Below, in pieces: positions 10,839 to 25,300 of a DNA stretch of 64,000 nt (positions are counted from its first letter, which is position 1; each line of letters opens with the position of its first letter). Source of the DNA: Blasia pusilla (Eukaryota). The translations under genes and the position numbers were made by a program. Where the stretch lies: the NCBI GenBank assembly GCA_050084515.1, contig CM114271.1:496001-560000 (forward strand). The letters run 5' to 3'. The notes beneath the pieces were generated by a model that was given only the letters and a program-made list of their open reading frames with translations, had not been told where the DNA came from and did not search any database.

Positions 10839-13800
10839 TCGTTAGAGGTGTTCTTAAAGCATTTAAAGTGTGTTTTAGATGAAGGTTGAAATAGGTTGAA
10901 CAAGTAAATTCATATTGCACCGGCGTTCTTTGAAACCATCGCAAGAACAAATATTTCTTGTAATATCATGGCCATTCAAAGCCAAATTATAGAGAAGTTG
11001 CGATTGCCCAAGTAGATGTAAGTCACGACTAGTGGTATCAAGCCACAAGCAATCATGGTAATAGGCATGATTCCTCATGCTTTTTGTTTGGGAGTCCAAG
11101 AGTGATTTGATAATTGCTATTCTCTAATATGTGGGACTAGTTTGGACCCGTGAGGGACCGTGATCGCACTGTCCATGTAACCCTAAACGCCCAGTTACGC
11201 CACCTCGGTTATGCCATGCATCGCACATTATGGCTTCAAAGGACGCTACGTGAACTCTCCAATGTCGCCATTCGAAAACCAATCCTCAAATAATGGTATA
11301 GTATATTGCCATCCCCGGCTTGAGTTCCTATTTATAAGGTCCCTATCACTTGGAAGTGAAGTTTCCCCACTTTGTGAAACAATTTATTGAGAAAAAAAAG
11401 AATTTTTATTTCTTAAAACTGCAAAAAAAGAAACAAGATTCCACAATATTAATTAGAATTTCCATTTTTTATTCATCGAAAAACTCAAACTCAACGTCAC
11501 AACGATGTTTTCAGGTATGAACTCCTCAATTCCCAAAACTTTTGGGCTTAGAGGGTTGACAACTCCTCTTCCGGACTAACTAAGGCCCTAAGTTAGTCCG
11601 GAATTAGTTGTATCAAGTTAAACTCGTGGTCAAGGTGAACTCGAAGGACATTAGCACTTGAGCGTTCGGACCAAACAAGCTCCCTCTTTTGACACCGAAC
11701 GTCGTAACTATCATCATCTGACATGAATCCATTTCTCATGGATCTTACCAGAAGCCGTTTCCCATGCGAAACTTGACGTTGAAAAGGGGAGAGGCCTTTC
11801 ATGCGATAGGGAATGGGAAAAGACTCTCGTGATAAGCACTAAAGACAGATTATTGCTCGCACTTGTAATAAATGGAGTGTTGTGTGGCCAGAAAATGGGA
11901 AAGGACATTCTTTCTCATAAATAAATGGGGAGTTTTGTGCGGAAAGCCAAAAAGGGGTTCACATTCATGTCCAAGGGAGAGAATAAAGTGGTGGAACAAT
12001 TCTCATCAAAGGATCCATAGAATGGATGGGGGAGAAACTCATCCACAAAGGCATAATCTTATGACTCGAATCGAAACTTGGTGATAAAGGTTGGATGAGA
12101 GGACGTTGCAACTAGGATCAAAAGTAGGCCATAAGGTGGTGGGAGAGAAAAGTCACTAGGATTCCAAAGAGGCCCTAGTTGGGTAGTTAACCCAAAAAGT
12201 GTAGATAGGGTTCCACTCTATCTACACTTTTTGGGTAGATGATTCGTAAAGATTTTGCATTTAGGACTAAAGACGCTCCGTTCTTCATGTGGTAATTTCA
12301 TTTCACTTCAGGGGCCAAGGATTCATAACTTCATCGTGTGGACGAATGAGTTTTCGCATGAGGCCAAACATGAGGGAAGAAGAAATGAAAACAAGGAAGG
12401 AATGGTAGGAATTGGATTGGTGAGCACCAAACTAGTTTATTTTTCCACTACAATATATTGGTGCAGTTTTATGGATGTTTCCCCTCCATTTGATTAACAT
12501 GTATCTACTCCAAAGTTTATATTTGGACATCATGTTCAAATTTTCTGAAAATTTGAACGACGGGCATTTTACTAGCAACATTAATTGACACTCTAGAAAA
12601 TTAGTACTCACTCCACGGCAAGGATGGTTTAAAACCGAGCCCAAATTCTTTTGCATGAAAATTCATCTTCTTTCGTGAAATATGAGTAATTGTTTTGGGA
12701 GCCATTGAGAGCATTTGTTGTTCCATAAGGTCTATAAAACAAACATCGTTTAAACAATGCCCTTTTCTTGGACCAATCATGGAATTGTATGATGTATCTA
12801 TGCTAGTGTAGAAGAGTCATCCTTAGGCCCTATGATAAGAGCCAAGAATGAGGATAGTAGAGTTTGTATGATTGACATTCTTTTAATTTCCAACATGACA
12901 CATTTTAGAAAAAATAGTATCATATTAAATATGATACCATTTTACCATTGATTATTCAGCCAGGGCCGCCGGGCACTGGATGAATAATCATATGCCTAAT
13001 CTTTAAAAAAAATAAATTTTCTGCTTGTGCTACCAATATATTTTCTTGCTACCCTTTTCCCGAGTGTCAACGGGAGAGGTGTTTGCGAATCAAAAAGATA
13101 CCCTCTCTTAAGAGTATAGATTTGGAAATATAGGCGGAAGGAGGCATATTGCATGATTTTTTGGAGGGACGAGATGAAGGGAAAGTCCCAATGAGTGGAT
13201 AGGCACATGAATGTTGTGAGAAAAATCAAGTAATGACACAGGCAAGTTCATTAGGATGATGAATAGGACGGAATAGTATGTGGATAGCATTATGACCAAG
13301 TGAGTGATGGAGAATAGGGCTAGTCAAGTAAAGTATGTTGGAAGTGCAACAAGTAGGGGTAAAAAACCATGATGGTTAGTTGTGATGGAGGGATGTATGA
13401 AGATCTACAAAGGTAGGTTGGGAGCAAAGACTATATTGACATCATGTGAGGAATGAAGAATCGGGCTAGCAACTAGCCAAACAAGGTATGTTGGGAGAGT
13501 TTAAGTGTAGATAGAATACAAAAAACCATATATATTAGGTAGATGACATGAAGGAATATATGGAGACCTCGAAAAAAGTAGGTTGGGACCACAACATATA
13601 AGGAAGGAAAGTTTAACACATATATCAAGGCATTTGTGAGGATGGTGAGGTAGATGAATAGAGGTACGTTGAGAAAAAAAACATGAAAAATGGATAGATG
13701 TAAGTTAGGGAAAATTTATGGTAAGAGGAAAACCATGGGTAAATGAGGATTTGTGGAACCCATAAGAAACTAGAAACAAGAGTGATTCAAAGTCGCAAGA

Positions 13801-16800
13801 AAATACATGGTCATTCTAAACCAGACTCTACAGAAAATAAAAAGGGGAAACTCCCACAGACGTGAACCTATTCATGAGAGACAAAATATCATATACAATT
13901 GTAGGTACATGATTTTCTAAAAACAAATATCTAGAAGGGAAATCTATCATGTATAGAGAATCTTTTCTTATAATCATCACAACTTACAAACATGCAAACC
14001 AGATTCAACCGAGACCCACAACCCACACTAATCGTGTATTAAAAGGTCTATAATAAATCAAAAAAGAAAAATCTCACAAGAATATTTCTTTAAGCTTGAA
14101 ACTCCAATCAAAACCCACTCATGTAGGGAGACACTATGCTACCGAGGCATGGCCATATTATATTCTCTAGGTGATAAGGCTCAAGAATGAAAGAAGAACT
14201 CAAAGCTCCTATCTCCTTAGGATTTTTGCAAATTGCTTAGTCTTAGACCTTGGCTAGAACCTAGTAGATGAGTCTTATCACACATCAAAGAAGGATCAAC
14301 CTTGGTGGAAAGATGAACATGGAACCTAAACCAAGACTTTGGGACAAAGTAAGATGGGTGGGAGAGCCTACTTAGGGAAAAGTGGCTTGGGAGTCAAGAA
14401 TTTTCAAGATGGGCAATGATGCCATGAGAGTAATAAAAATGATAAATGGTGGCAAGGCTCCTGTTCCTCGCTTGTTGCCCACAAGATGCTAAAAGCATGA
14501 GTCAAGATGGGTGATTAGCCATGAGATTCATGAAACATAAGTCACTATAAGTTTTGGGAGCACAAACGAGGTGGAAAAAACCATAACATTAAGCATTTGA
14601 TTAGTCAAAAGTGAAGGTTGAAGCCATCATCAATAAAACTTGGGTCAAGGGTCACAAGTACTTCTTTGAGGAGGGTACTTAGGAAGGGGAAGGAATATTG
14701 AGAACCCCATAAGTATGGATAGCAAGGGACAATCTCTCTTCCAACTTGCTTACCTCTTGGAATCAAGAATATCTACATTTTTTTGTGTGTTGAAGGTTGT
14801 GAGCAAAGAGACTAGTCGAGACGTGCCTAGAGGAATTAGCGGTTGCATGTTGACTGGGGTGAGCGATAGGATCGAGGGAGATAGGTCAAGGTTTGAGATA
14901 TGAGTTTTCCCATGGAGATAATATGCATCTCAACTCGGAGGATTTGACACTCAAGACCACAGTTCTTTGACTCTACCTCATTGAACATGCAACTAGTTGG
15001 ATCTCACAGGTCCAACGTACTTCAGTCTTCTACTTGCAAGAGTCGTGGTGGGATACTCTTTGTAAGACTAGTAAGGAGGAGTAGAGAGATAGACTATAGG
15101 ATGAGGATATACTCCTTTTACCTCTTATGGCCTCTCCTAGTGACCTATACACACACATTACGATCTAATCCCTAACTTGCTAGTCCATATCATGAGTACC
15201 ATGTGATTAAGAATAGTCTTCTACCGAAATAGTAAAACCTTGAATTTGGGTCAGATGGGTCCCAAAATAGGTTGAAATATACACAAAGAAGTAATCCATA
15301 TTTCTACTAGAGCAAGGATGACCTATATATTTCCATATTCAAACTTTCACAACACAAAATCCAACCATTGTATCTTTAAGGTTATCGAGTGGTATCTTTA
15401 ATTAGTTCTTTATCTTGAAATTTTTTAAAATATTAGAAAATGATCTTGATTGGAAAATGTAGAAGTTGAGCTCTAAGCCCTTTTAGAGCACCTCTACTCT
15501 AGTAACGAAAATTGAGGTTGAGCTAAAGAAAAAAAATCCACAATTCCCAATCCATATTTTTTGAGTTTTGTAATGGTCAATACATGCCCTATCTCCCCTC
15601 AAGACACAAGAGTGGATTGGAGTTTCCCTTAAATCTCGATGATATAATACTCATAGAAATTTCTTGGAGATTGGATGTATGAAATGAAAATAATTTGTTG
15701 ATGCTAACGACTCTCATTTAGAGGCACAAAAGGGAGGTGTACATAATCAAAAAGAATTTTTTGAATTGACTAAAATTTTCTCTTAAGAAAATTAATATAA
15801 AAGTTCATTTATTTGTCACACTAAAAAATATGTCTAGTCTTAGCCTATGCTTGTTGATCTTTTTAATTTGGAGTAGGAAGATTGATCTCGATGCACAGTT
15901 TTTGTTTGTGCGTCGCTCACAAAAACATGAGAAGTTTCTACTAGTCGTAACTCCTCATATCATTGACAACTTCGTGGAATCGGGTAAAAAATTTATTTGC
16001 AAGTGTGCCATATTAGTGGTACACTAAGCTTGCCAAAACGATTTTTTCTTAGGATTAGATTGCATAAAGTCAATTATTAAGTATTGAAGTTTTTTGGTGT
16101 GACACGAATCGAGTCTACTTTCATTTCAGTACTACACTACACTACACTAGAGCATTAAGTTTGTTAACACTTGTTATGACAGGAGTTCTGTGCCAACTGT
16201 GGTGCACATGGTGGTGCACATGGGATTCGAGGTCTTCGGAAAGTCGTCTTTCTTTCTTTCTTTCTTACATTACACTGTTCGAGTCCACGAATCGAACGTC
16301 GCTTTGAAATCTCCCTCGGAGATGTAACCGGTAGCAGCTTCACGCAAGGAACCCGCATGTGAGGGGAAACGACTGTGACATCGCTATGACACAGCCACGA
16401 ACTTCGTGACTTGCACCTCAGTACCCGCCTGCCAACCGGAGCCCTTGTGTATGTATATCCTCCTCCCCTGTTTGGCACCTGCAGATCATAATCATAAAGA
16501 GCCCCCCAACAACTCCTACCGGGAGCCCGCGCGCCCGCTACTACTACTAATACTACTCCGCTCTGCTCTGCTGTGCTGTGTGCTGTGTTGGGCAACTTGG
16601 GCTGCGACTGTCACCTGCGCTTCAAGCCAAACGGCGCTCACGGATTCCTGCAGGCCCCACCCCACGCGTGACCCCAGGGATCCTTCGGAGTCCTTGAGTT
16701 CTTCGAGTTCTTCGATATTCTCGACGGCGACGGCGACGGCGACGCAGATGGGCAAGTAACGACGCGCTAGACGCCGTCGGCCCTCTGCTGGGGGACGCTT

Positions 16801-18059
16801 CGTCTTCTTCGGTCGCCGGGAGGGGCTCTTCGTCTTCTCTGGTAATCGTAATCCTCACTCTTATCGTTTTCTACGGCCATGGATGCAAGCTGACCGCTGC
16901 TGCCGGGCCTGCCGGTCCTCCGGGACAGACGTAGTCGTTCTCTGAGACCTCGCTGCTACCGCATTGGCGCACCGCCTGCCATTAGTGCTCATGCGCTAGG
17001 TTTGTAGGTGGACCTACTCGCTTCTAGTAAATCGTAAAAGCAGGAGCAGCAGCCACTGCTGTGCTGGGATCCGATCAGACGGATTCAGAATCTCAGAGCT
17101 GAGTAGATGTCAGGATTCTGCGCGGAGTGAAGAGGGTGTGCGTTCGTCCCGATCGACACGGGAGAGCGGACACCCTCATTCTTTCTCTGAGACTACTAGT
17201 CTAATCTAATCCGCGTGTAAACTGCTAAACTCTCCTCTGATTCTTTCGCCCGTCTCCGTCTGCACTCCGAACCGGCCTCGAACAGTAGTACGCTAGTAGA
17301 TTATGTAGTCCGTGCTGCTGATTCTGCGTGCCCTTTGCTTCCCTTACCTTCCTTGACCTAACCTAACTGAACCTGACCTAGTTTCACTCGTTCTTGAACA
17401 CTGCGCAAAGTGTTGTAGGTGCATTTTTCCCCATGAAGTTGCTCCCTCCCTCCCTCCTTCTGATTTGATCTTTTGATCTGTGTTCAACTGGCAACAACAA
17501 GAAGTGCCAGGAGGGGGGAGTAGGGGTCATGGCGATGTCTGCCGAGTTAAGGATTTTTCGTTATCTAGACGGTATGATCGCACGGTGTAGGAAAACTGCG
17601 CAGAATCGCAGAAAGAACGGGACCTACAGGTGATTATTTCCACTTATTGAGGGGGGGGGGGGGGAAACGCTCTCTTTGCGAATCCCCGAGACCGATGCTT
17701 CTACCTTTTGAAGAAGCTTCTGTGTCCCTACAACGTGTAGCTTACGAGGGGATTAGGTTCTTAGGTTCTCTCTCTCTCTCTCTCTCTCTATAATAGTTAC
17801 GTGGTATAGTGCACGAGGATTCAGTACGTTGTCTTGGACCCGGTGCGGCTGAGTGGTCTTCACGTCCACATATTTGCTGTGTAGAGAATAGCGTTACCTC
17901 TGGGCCCCGCTTCTGTTGACCTCTGTCACCAGCTTCTTTTTACTTTTATGTGTTCCCCCCTCTTTTGTGTTTTCTTTTCTTGATGGTTTCTTCCATCTCC
18001 TTTTCATGCATTAGTACATTTGCCCACGAGAGCCGTACTTGTCTAGATTCCGCAAGCTA

Positions 18060-18175
18060 CAAGCTGTCGAGGACCTCTCACTAGAAGAGACGATGGCCTT
18101 GAAAGCTAGGTGGGTCTCAAACATACTAAACCGACGTTGACCATGGAAAGTTGTGGTTAGTTATGGAATTCACAG
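18060..18175 (+). mobile_element. Possible small LINE (L1-like) ORF2 fragment
   Basis: Translates as EETMALKARWVSNILNRR*PWKVVVSYG, resembling the post-RT 'AL..KW.......W..V' segment of plant L1 elements. It is short and contains a stop. Confidence 0.3.
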
Positions 18176-19721
18176 GGACCCGGGTCGCTCAAGAGATTGG
18201 GTCCAGATTCAAGGTGAGGTGAGGATTTGACTACATTCCGTTTGACTTTCAAAGGTTACGCGGCTGAGTAGCTACATCCCATCCCGAGTGAGTAGTCGTA
18301 AGGCGGTGGAATTCTATTAGACTCGCAAACGGAAGCATTCCAGAATCCAAATGCTTTTCTGCGGACATAGCCATGCCATGCCATGCCGTGCCGTGCCGCG
18401 CAGCGCAGCGCAAGCGTGGCGACCACAACCTCTCCAAAGCCTCCGACTTCTCGAGCATCTCAACAGTTTCATTCATGAACGGAAACTTTAAGCGAAGTTG
18501 GAGCCAGAGTAGATGCGTTGCGAGGAGTTCCGGAAAGAAGGAGAAGAAACTCACTCCCACCATCGATTCCTCATCTCGAAGATATCAAATTGTCTCTAGG
18601 GCTCCTGTTCCTCGCTTGTTGCCCTGAATCCCTCGTGGCTAAACCAACTTCGATCACCTCCTTGTCATCACTCGATGTGAGGAAGAGAAGCGCGGGACAA
18701 CTCAATCCAGTAGAAACTCCGTCGGATCACGGAGGAAGCTCTCTGTGTAAATGATCAACTTCAACTATTCCGTGAACCTCCCGTGAAACAAGTTTCATGG
18801 AACTTCGACCGACGGAGACTTTGCGCTGCTCCCTCCCCGGGTAACCCAACGACTATGTACAGACTCGGACAATAATAGTTCTTCCATGGGACGATCGCTT
18901 TACGGCTTCTCGAGAACGTAACGCCGTAGTTTCGAGATTCTGGCGCGCGGAAGGAGAACGGCGCTTCTTTCACAAACAAAGAGACCGTCTCCCAGGAGTG
19001 CCAGAAATGGTAGGGAAAATGGAACCTTCTCCAAATGCGATGCCCCCGCCCACCCCCTAAATCGTATTCCGTGTATTTCGCCAGTCTTGAACGCGCAGGA
19101 TTGATGAATCGCACGAATCAGCGGAGAGATAGATTGCGACATGATTCAAGGCGTCGCGGTTGTACGTGCTCATTGTGCGAGCATATCCTGTCGTGCCAAT
19201 TGGCGTTTCGTTGCCACGTGCATGGTGGCCGGTTCCCCGAAGGGACACAAGAATGGGAGGAGCTTGCGTCGTTCGGTTGCGGGAGTGATTGCGGGAGAAA
19301 CGTAGGAGGGGAGAAGCGGGGCACGTATGATTTCTGATCCCCCTGATTTTTACGAACTCGGTGGTGTTGACGCTGTGAACCAGCTGCACCTTCGATGGTC
19401 GTGAACGTCTCTTCTCCCCTCACGTCACTTGGAGGTGATTCTGGAAACTGTTCCAGCATCTCTGTCGTCTTTGAACCTCGGTTTTGCTCCGCTCTGCTTG
19501 TACGTCCGGCGGATGCACGTGGATGATCTCAAGCGTTCGATGCAATAGGTGCGCGAAAATTTGAGATTCGATCACCGAAGTTTGCTCACCATGTACGCAA
19601 GGAGAAGAGTTGCAAAGTGGGCTTTGAAATGCGACGGAATTCCTCGTGTGTCCAGATTGGTGGAAGGCAGGGCAGAGAGAGCGGATAGGCGTTCCAGATA
19701 TGAGGCTCAAATCCAGAGAAT

Positions 19722-21131
19722 ATGACGGGAAGGGTTACCTCTGTTCCTCTGCCGGATTTCTGGTTCTCCAAGAATCCCGAGCAATACAGACGATCCCACC
19801 GTCGAGCCAATTCCTGCAGGAATCCGCGTTGTGCAGCTAGTAATTCAGATTCCACAGCAACTCACCAGGAGCCTCCAGGCAAGAAGCTCAGGCGTCTGCT
19901 CAGGAGCGGTTCGACATCCAAATCCGTGTCCCTCGGTTCCAGCACAAATCCTTGCACTCCCGACAGGTCCGAACGGTCAGGAAGCAAACGATGTGTGGGC
20001 AGATGTGGGGATTGCAATGCAATTTTGCCAATGACCTCTCGACCTTTATCGACCGCAAGCTTTACACCGCCAACACCTGTTTCAGCACTTATCCCAACAC
20101 CCGGATCATGGACGAGTGTTTGTTGCACGAACAGCTCGGCTCCTTCTTCCTCTACCCAAACCGGGAGCGCTGCCATTGTAAGAGATGCCCCTCTCTACCT
20201 TCAGACCAGGACTGGTTTTAGAAATTCCAAGGCGAGTTCTTATTTATCCAGAAACATAGTGGCCCCTCCCCCTTCTGAATGCGGCGATGGTGATGGTGAA
20301 GGGCTGTTGATTACCTCTCCAAAGCCTCTCATTCCTCCGATGCAATCTGGAGAAAAATACGCGGTAGTGGACAATCAGCCATCCAGGATCCCCCTCTTTT
20401 ATGGATCATCTACGAGTGTCGCAAGTCCAGAATTCACAGACCTGTCTTGCTCTTTCCCCATCATTGAAACAACAGAACCAACGAGCCCTGCCCCGCCTTC
20501 GTCAGATGGGATCCAAGGAATTGGAGAAGCTCGAACCACATGCAGAAGTCGTAGTCTGAGTGGGACGAACACATCGACGTCAGGAGTACAGTCCACAGGG
20601 ACTAGCAATCAAGACACACAGAGTTCATCTATGCAGGGAAATTGCCATCCCTTACCATTGAAAATTGATGTAGTTGGACACAGCAGTGATAGTAGTCCCA
20701 GCCCGCCCCAAAGTGAGAAAGGTTTCGGTCTTTCGAATCATCTGTGCACTGTGTGCGGCAAAGACCCCATCTCGTCGTTCTACAATGTGCTATACACCCC
20801 GGAAACGAGCGATGAACAAGAGGTGGATCTCTACCTGTGTAGCCGTAGTGGTGAACAAGCCATCAAGCTCAAGGCGGCCCTGGAGATCGCTGTGTGGAGT
20901 GCACTGCTGACAATCCTAATCATTGTTTGTTTCCCCACCTTTCTCGGAGGTCTCAGATCCAATGTCTTCGGTTCTTGTTCATGTCCAGCGGCTTCTTCAC
21001 GACTTTACTCAAATGTCAGCCCCCACTTCTGGCACCTCAAGTGGTTTGAGCGTTGGGCTTACAAGGGCACACAGAATTTATTGAAGTGTCCATTGCCGCA
21101 ACAAGCAATAGGATCTACGCTTCTGAAGTGA
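19722..21131 (+). CDS. Uncharacterised 469-aa Ser/Pro/Thr-rich protein with Cys motifs and a single C-terminal transmembrane helix
   Basis: Long intronless ATG-started ORF. Contains CxxC motifs (CGDC, CTVC) and a hydrophobic stretch (IAVWSALLTILIIVCFPTFLGGL). Preceded by ~3 kb of GC/CT-rich leader-like sequence from ~16500. Confidence 0.65.
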   Translation: MTGRVTSVPLPDFWFSKNPEQYRRSHRRANSCRNPRCAASNSDSTATHQEPPGKKLRRLLRSGSTSKSVSLGSSTNPCTPDRSERSGSKRCVGRCGDCNAILPMTSRPLSTASFTPPTPVSALIPTPGSWTSVCCTNSSAPSSSTQTGSAAIVRDAPLYLQTRTGFRNSKASSYLSRNIVAPPPSECGDGDGEGLLITSPKPLIPPMQSGEKYAVVDNQPSRIPLFYGSSTSVASPEFTDLSCSFPIIETTEPTSPAPPSSDGIQGIGEARTTCRSRSLSGTNTSTSGVQSTGTSNQDTQSSSMQGNCHPLPLKIDVVGHSSDSSPSPPQSEKGFGLSNHLCTVCGKDPISSFYNVLYTPETSDEQEVDLYLCSRSGEQAIKLKAALEIAVWSALLTILIIVCFPTFLGGLRSNVFGSCSCPAASSRLYSNVSPHFWHLKWFERWAYKGTQNLLKCPLPQQAIGSTLLK

Positions 21132-22341
21132 AAGAGGGTTCCTCGGCCACCCCTCCCCACAACCTCTCAACTGAAGCGTTTAAGAGAAATACAAATCTTG
21201 CCCGAGTGGGACCTTGTTTTGCATCTCTTCTGAGGGAACGTCAGGTTCCTCTGCTCTTACGCTGTCCATTCTGCCTTGTGGCTCAGGGGTGCTCTAGCAG
21301 CTCTCGTTCGATTCGATCAGGTTTACTGCTGGTCCAAGTTCAGTCACGGAAAAGTTGGACGCAACAGATTAATCATGAAAGCAAGAGCATAGGCTAGGCG
21401 AAGCCTCAGACTGGTTCAGAACTAGCTTCCCGTGCTTTCCAAGCAGAGAAAGTAGGTTGCCTAAGGTGGATTCAAAAGCTATGAGTTGTACTACTCCAGC
21501 CGATAGAAAATTTTTGTAGTTCTTAGCGTGAACGAATAGCTGACCTGTGACTGAAATAGAGGTCATGTGCAGTAACTATGAGATTTCAAATCTATACGAG
21601 GGCTGGGACTTCAAGTTGCGTATGTGACTCTCATGGTGTTTTTTGCCCCCATGGTTTTACTCAAGGGAACATCGAACGTCCTCGCCTCAGCTATCGACAG
21701 CTGATTGTGACCTTATTATCGATAAGGTGTAACTTAACTATCGATATACTCATTATAACTTAACTGTCGAGAAGTTGTGCAGTATCTGTATAACCCTAAA
21801 AGTGGCTAGCGAAAAACTGTTTTAACTGGAGATCTCGACCAGCATCATTCAAACATGAGCGTATCGTCAAGTTTGTGACTTTTCCCCTTCGCATTGGGGG
21901 GAAACTCGGGGCTTGAATTCATTTTGAGATAAGACTTTTGCTACTCCGTTTCGTAGGTCTGTTTGAAGTTACACACATACACAGTGGTTACGGAAAGTGG
22001 AGCTATGCTACACTGGAAGATTGTGATGGTGAACGATTGCACAGAGGACATGAACTTCTGACACAGGGAGAAGCAACACTGAGATATTACAGTTATTTGT
22101 CCAAAGAATGCTTGGGCTCGATTACTGGATAAATGTGAGTCCTGATATAGTCCACTAACCCATAAACTATCCTAAGCGCTGACCAAAGAATTTATACATC
22201 GCAGAGTAGGAGAATCCGTTATGTTGTAGCCGAGAGTAAATAACATATTCCGCGAAGATATCTGTAAGGTAACGTTTCTGTACCATCCTGAAAAGAATGT
22301 GCAGTTGAATTGTGCGAGGTGTATAGTACAGACGGATTCGT

Positions 22342-25300
22342 TCACCCTGTAGTGGGCACAAGCCTACCTGACGTACACCAGTCTTGCTTGTTGAGATTTA
22401 TTGGGCGTACAGGAGTTACATCATCGGTGGCTGGCTTGGAGAAGGTCTTCTTAGGATTGTTTCGTTTCTCGAAGTTGGAATCCAGGGGGCTCGGAGGACT
22501 CGTAGCGGAAGGAAGGTAGTCCTTGGCTTTCCCTGTGTTCAGTAGAAGCTGATGCCGAAGATATCTGAAAAGTGGAAATGCCTGCATGTTCAACGGTGAT
22601 TGTGTCAGGATCCAGGTCACTTATGATCGGGCATAACTCCCCTGAGATTTGAGGCAACGCTCAGAGCCGATTGTTCAAACAGAGTATAATTTCCGCCACT
22701 TTCTGATCTGCGCGTTGTGAAGACCTTGCCGGGAAATGCGTCTGCTTCCACTCTCGAATTTTTTACACTGTTTAAAACATGACTGTCCAAAGAGAGGACA
22801 AACTCACCCTCTTAAGATCATAAAATGTATTGTCCTGCAGCTGTTCAGGCAGTTCATCTCTTAATATGTCCAATGCTCTGTTGGGTAGCCACGGCCACAT
22901 TTTTGAATCAGCGAGTTTACAACGCTAAATTTCCATCTCCACGAAGCTCGACCATAATGATCAAGTCATCGTTATCTAGTTTACATACAAAATAGCTTCT
23001 AACGAGGCCGGAAGTAGCCTGAGTTAAAGAAAGCGTGAATCGGAAACCGGGGAAAACGCTTTCAGTCCTGGTCTTCTAGCATCTACTGGGCATACTAATC
23101 ATCGACGCAATTCGCACGCACGCTCTGAAACTAGGTCAATCGATGAATTCATCGTACCTGCTGTTCTGACACAGTAAAATGTAGCATCGCACAACGAGAA
23201 ATAAAAGGCGGGGTGAGAAGCCTTGTACTATGGCTAGAACTGACACCTGCAAAACGAAGAAGGAAACCAAATCGGTAACAAACGAGAGTAACTCGGTAAC
23301 ATAAGGACTCCAAAAAGATTTTTAATTCTAGGTCCTTCGACATTAGCTCCTGGTAATAGACATTAGCGATCTGGTAATAACTCACCAGATCTGTGCATAT
23401 TTGGATGAACCTTGGAAGAAGGTCACAATGTGGTTCACAGATCGCAGAAAGGCCCTCGTTCACGCGAAGAAGCGATTCCAATATGGTCATTGATATCTAC
23501 GTAAAATTATGAAATTCTTAGTCTTGAAATGTGGCAAGAAGGTATTTGGAGAGTTTCAGATCGTGAAATCTTCTCCAGGTTGGGAGATGCATCTCTCTTG
23601 TCAATAATCCTCGAAAGGTGAATCTGACTTGCAATATTAATCTTCACGATCTCTTGCCTTTCCTCTTAATCATCTCTATGAGGACATCTTCCACATGTCT
23701 TTTGAAATAATCACACGTAAATAAATGAAGTGTCTTCGGAGTTTACATGGAGTTTACTTCGTACTGTGCACTCGAGAAAACACCATGCATAGGATTGCAA
23801 CACCGTGAGACTAGTGTAGAGCCCACGCATCTAATAGTTTAGTCATGCCGAAAAAAAAATGTTTTCCTGCTGCCTTTGTCATAATTTCAACAAAGAATTT
23901 CTTACGAATCAAAAAGCTGTCATCCCTTTATAGTTGAAATGATTCAAAGCACGCCAGATATGCAAACAAATGCTAAAGCATAACGTGAGGTAAGAGAATT
24001 AAGTACCACTTTCGACAGCTCGCTTCCAATTTCCACCGCGTAGAAGCAAACTTCGATAATATCATTTTCGAGCGCCCACTTGATAATTACTTTGTCACGG
24101 GACTATCCATTAGCAAAACATTTAAGTCAAAGACAGGAGGGGCCACGGTCAGTAATGAGTAAAACCTTCATGGAAGACTCCGTCTGCATTTTTTTCCATT
24201 CAGGAAAGGAGGAAGTTCAGAATGGATGATGGCGATTGGTGCGCATAATCATACCTTCACTGGAGCCAGCTCATCTGTCTTGTGAAGAACACATGCGAAG
24301 AAAATCTATTCCAGGTGCAGTTCAAAGGACAATTGAGTGACCGTATTTTAAATACGAAAGAACAGTACCTGACAGATAACACCAATGACGGACAACGATA
24401 TTGACCGTACATTCTCGTAAACTTCTTCTGTATACTCCGATAAGATGAAAGGAACGAGGTAATTGGGGATGCTGGCTGTGGACAAGTCAACAAGAGGGCA
24501 ACGTGTGCGATCAGAACCATGTTGACTTTAAAATACAACCTTGTTTACGAAAGCGTTGGCTGCCGTATACCTATCTCAATACAACACAATGACACGATAC
24601 GCGAACCATTCGGATGGAAAATCGAAATCATCTCAACAGGAAAATTTCTCTACAAAAGCCTGCCAAGAGGATTCCCCAAGAGGTTCCTCTTACAATCGCA
24701 TGAACTGGAGCTAACCGTTGTTCCTACATCGCATTCTGGTGGGAAGCGGGAGATAAAAAGTAATAAATTGCGTGCCGTTAGGTTATTCGATGACTAAGCG
24801 TGACAAGTAGTTCCAATGCTGTGACTCCCAGATCTGACAGAGTTGTGCTCAATCAGTCAGAAAGTGGAAGTCAATACCTCGAACGAATTCGCCACGAGTC
24901 TCGTCATTTGCCGCTATGCTCTGCATACCTCATGAAGAGCACGTCAGTTAGTTCCCGAACGAATTGGAACTCGGAAATATAGAGACGAAAATCCGCCGCG
25001 TGGACAAAGACGTGACTATTTCCGCTCGGAATCTCTTAGCTGGGAAACTTACCTGAAGAAGAGTCAGAACATTGGAGAGCCGTTTCGATCCTCTCACTTT
25101 CAAATCTCCGGCGTATAGTCGTTCATAGACGGCGTGTATTTCCTGACATTTGGATAAATTAGTTCAAAGATAGAATGCTTTGCTCTGGAGTCCTCTTCCT
25201 CGTAATCACGGCTGTCTCGAAATCTAGCACGATCACTGTCTGCTCTATTTTTCTGCTGGACACAAATTAGGGAATCGAAGCTGTCTGCCTTCCGACGAAC

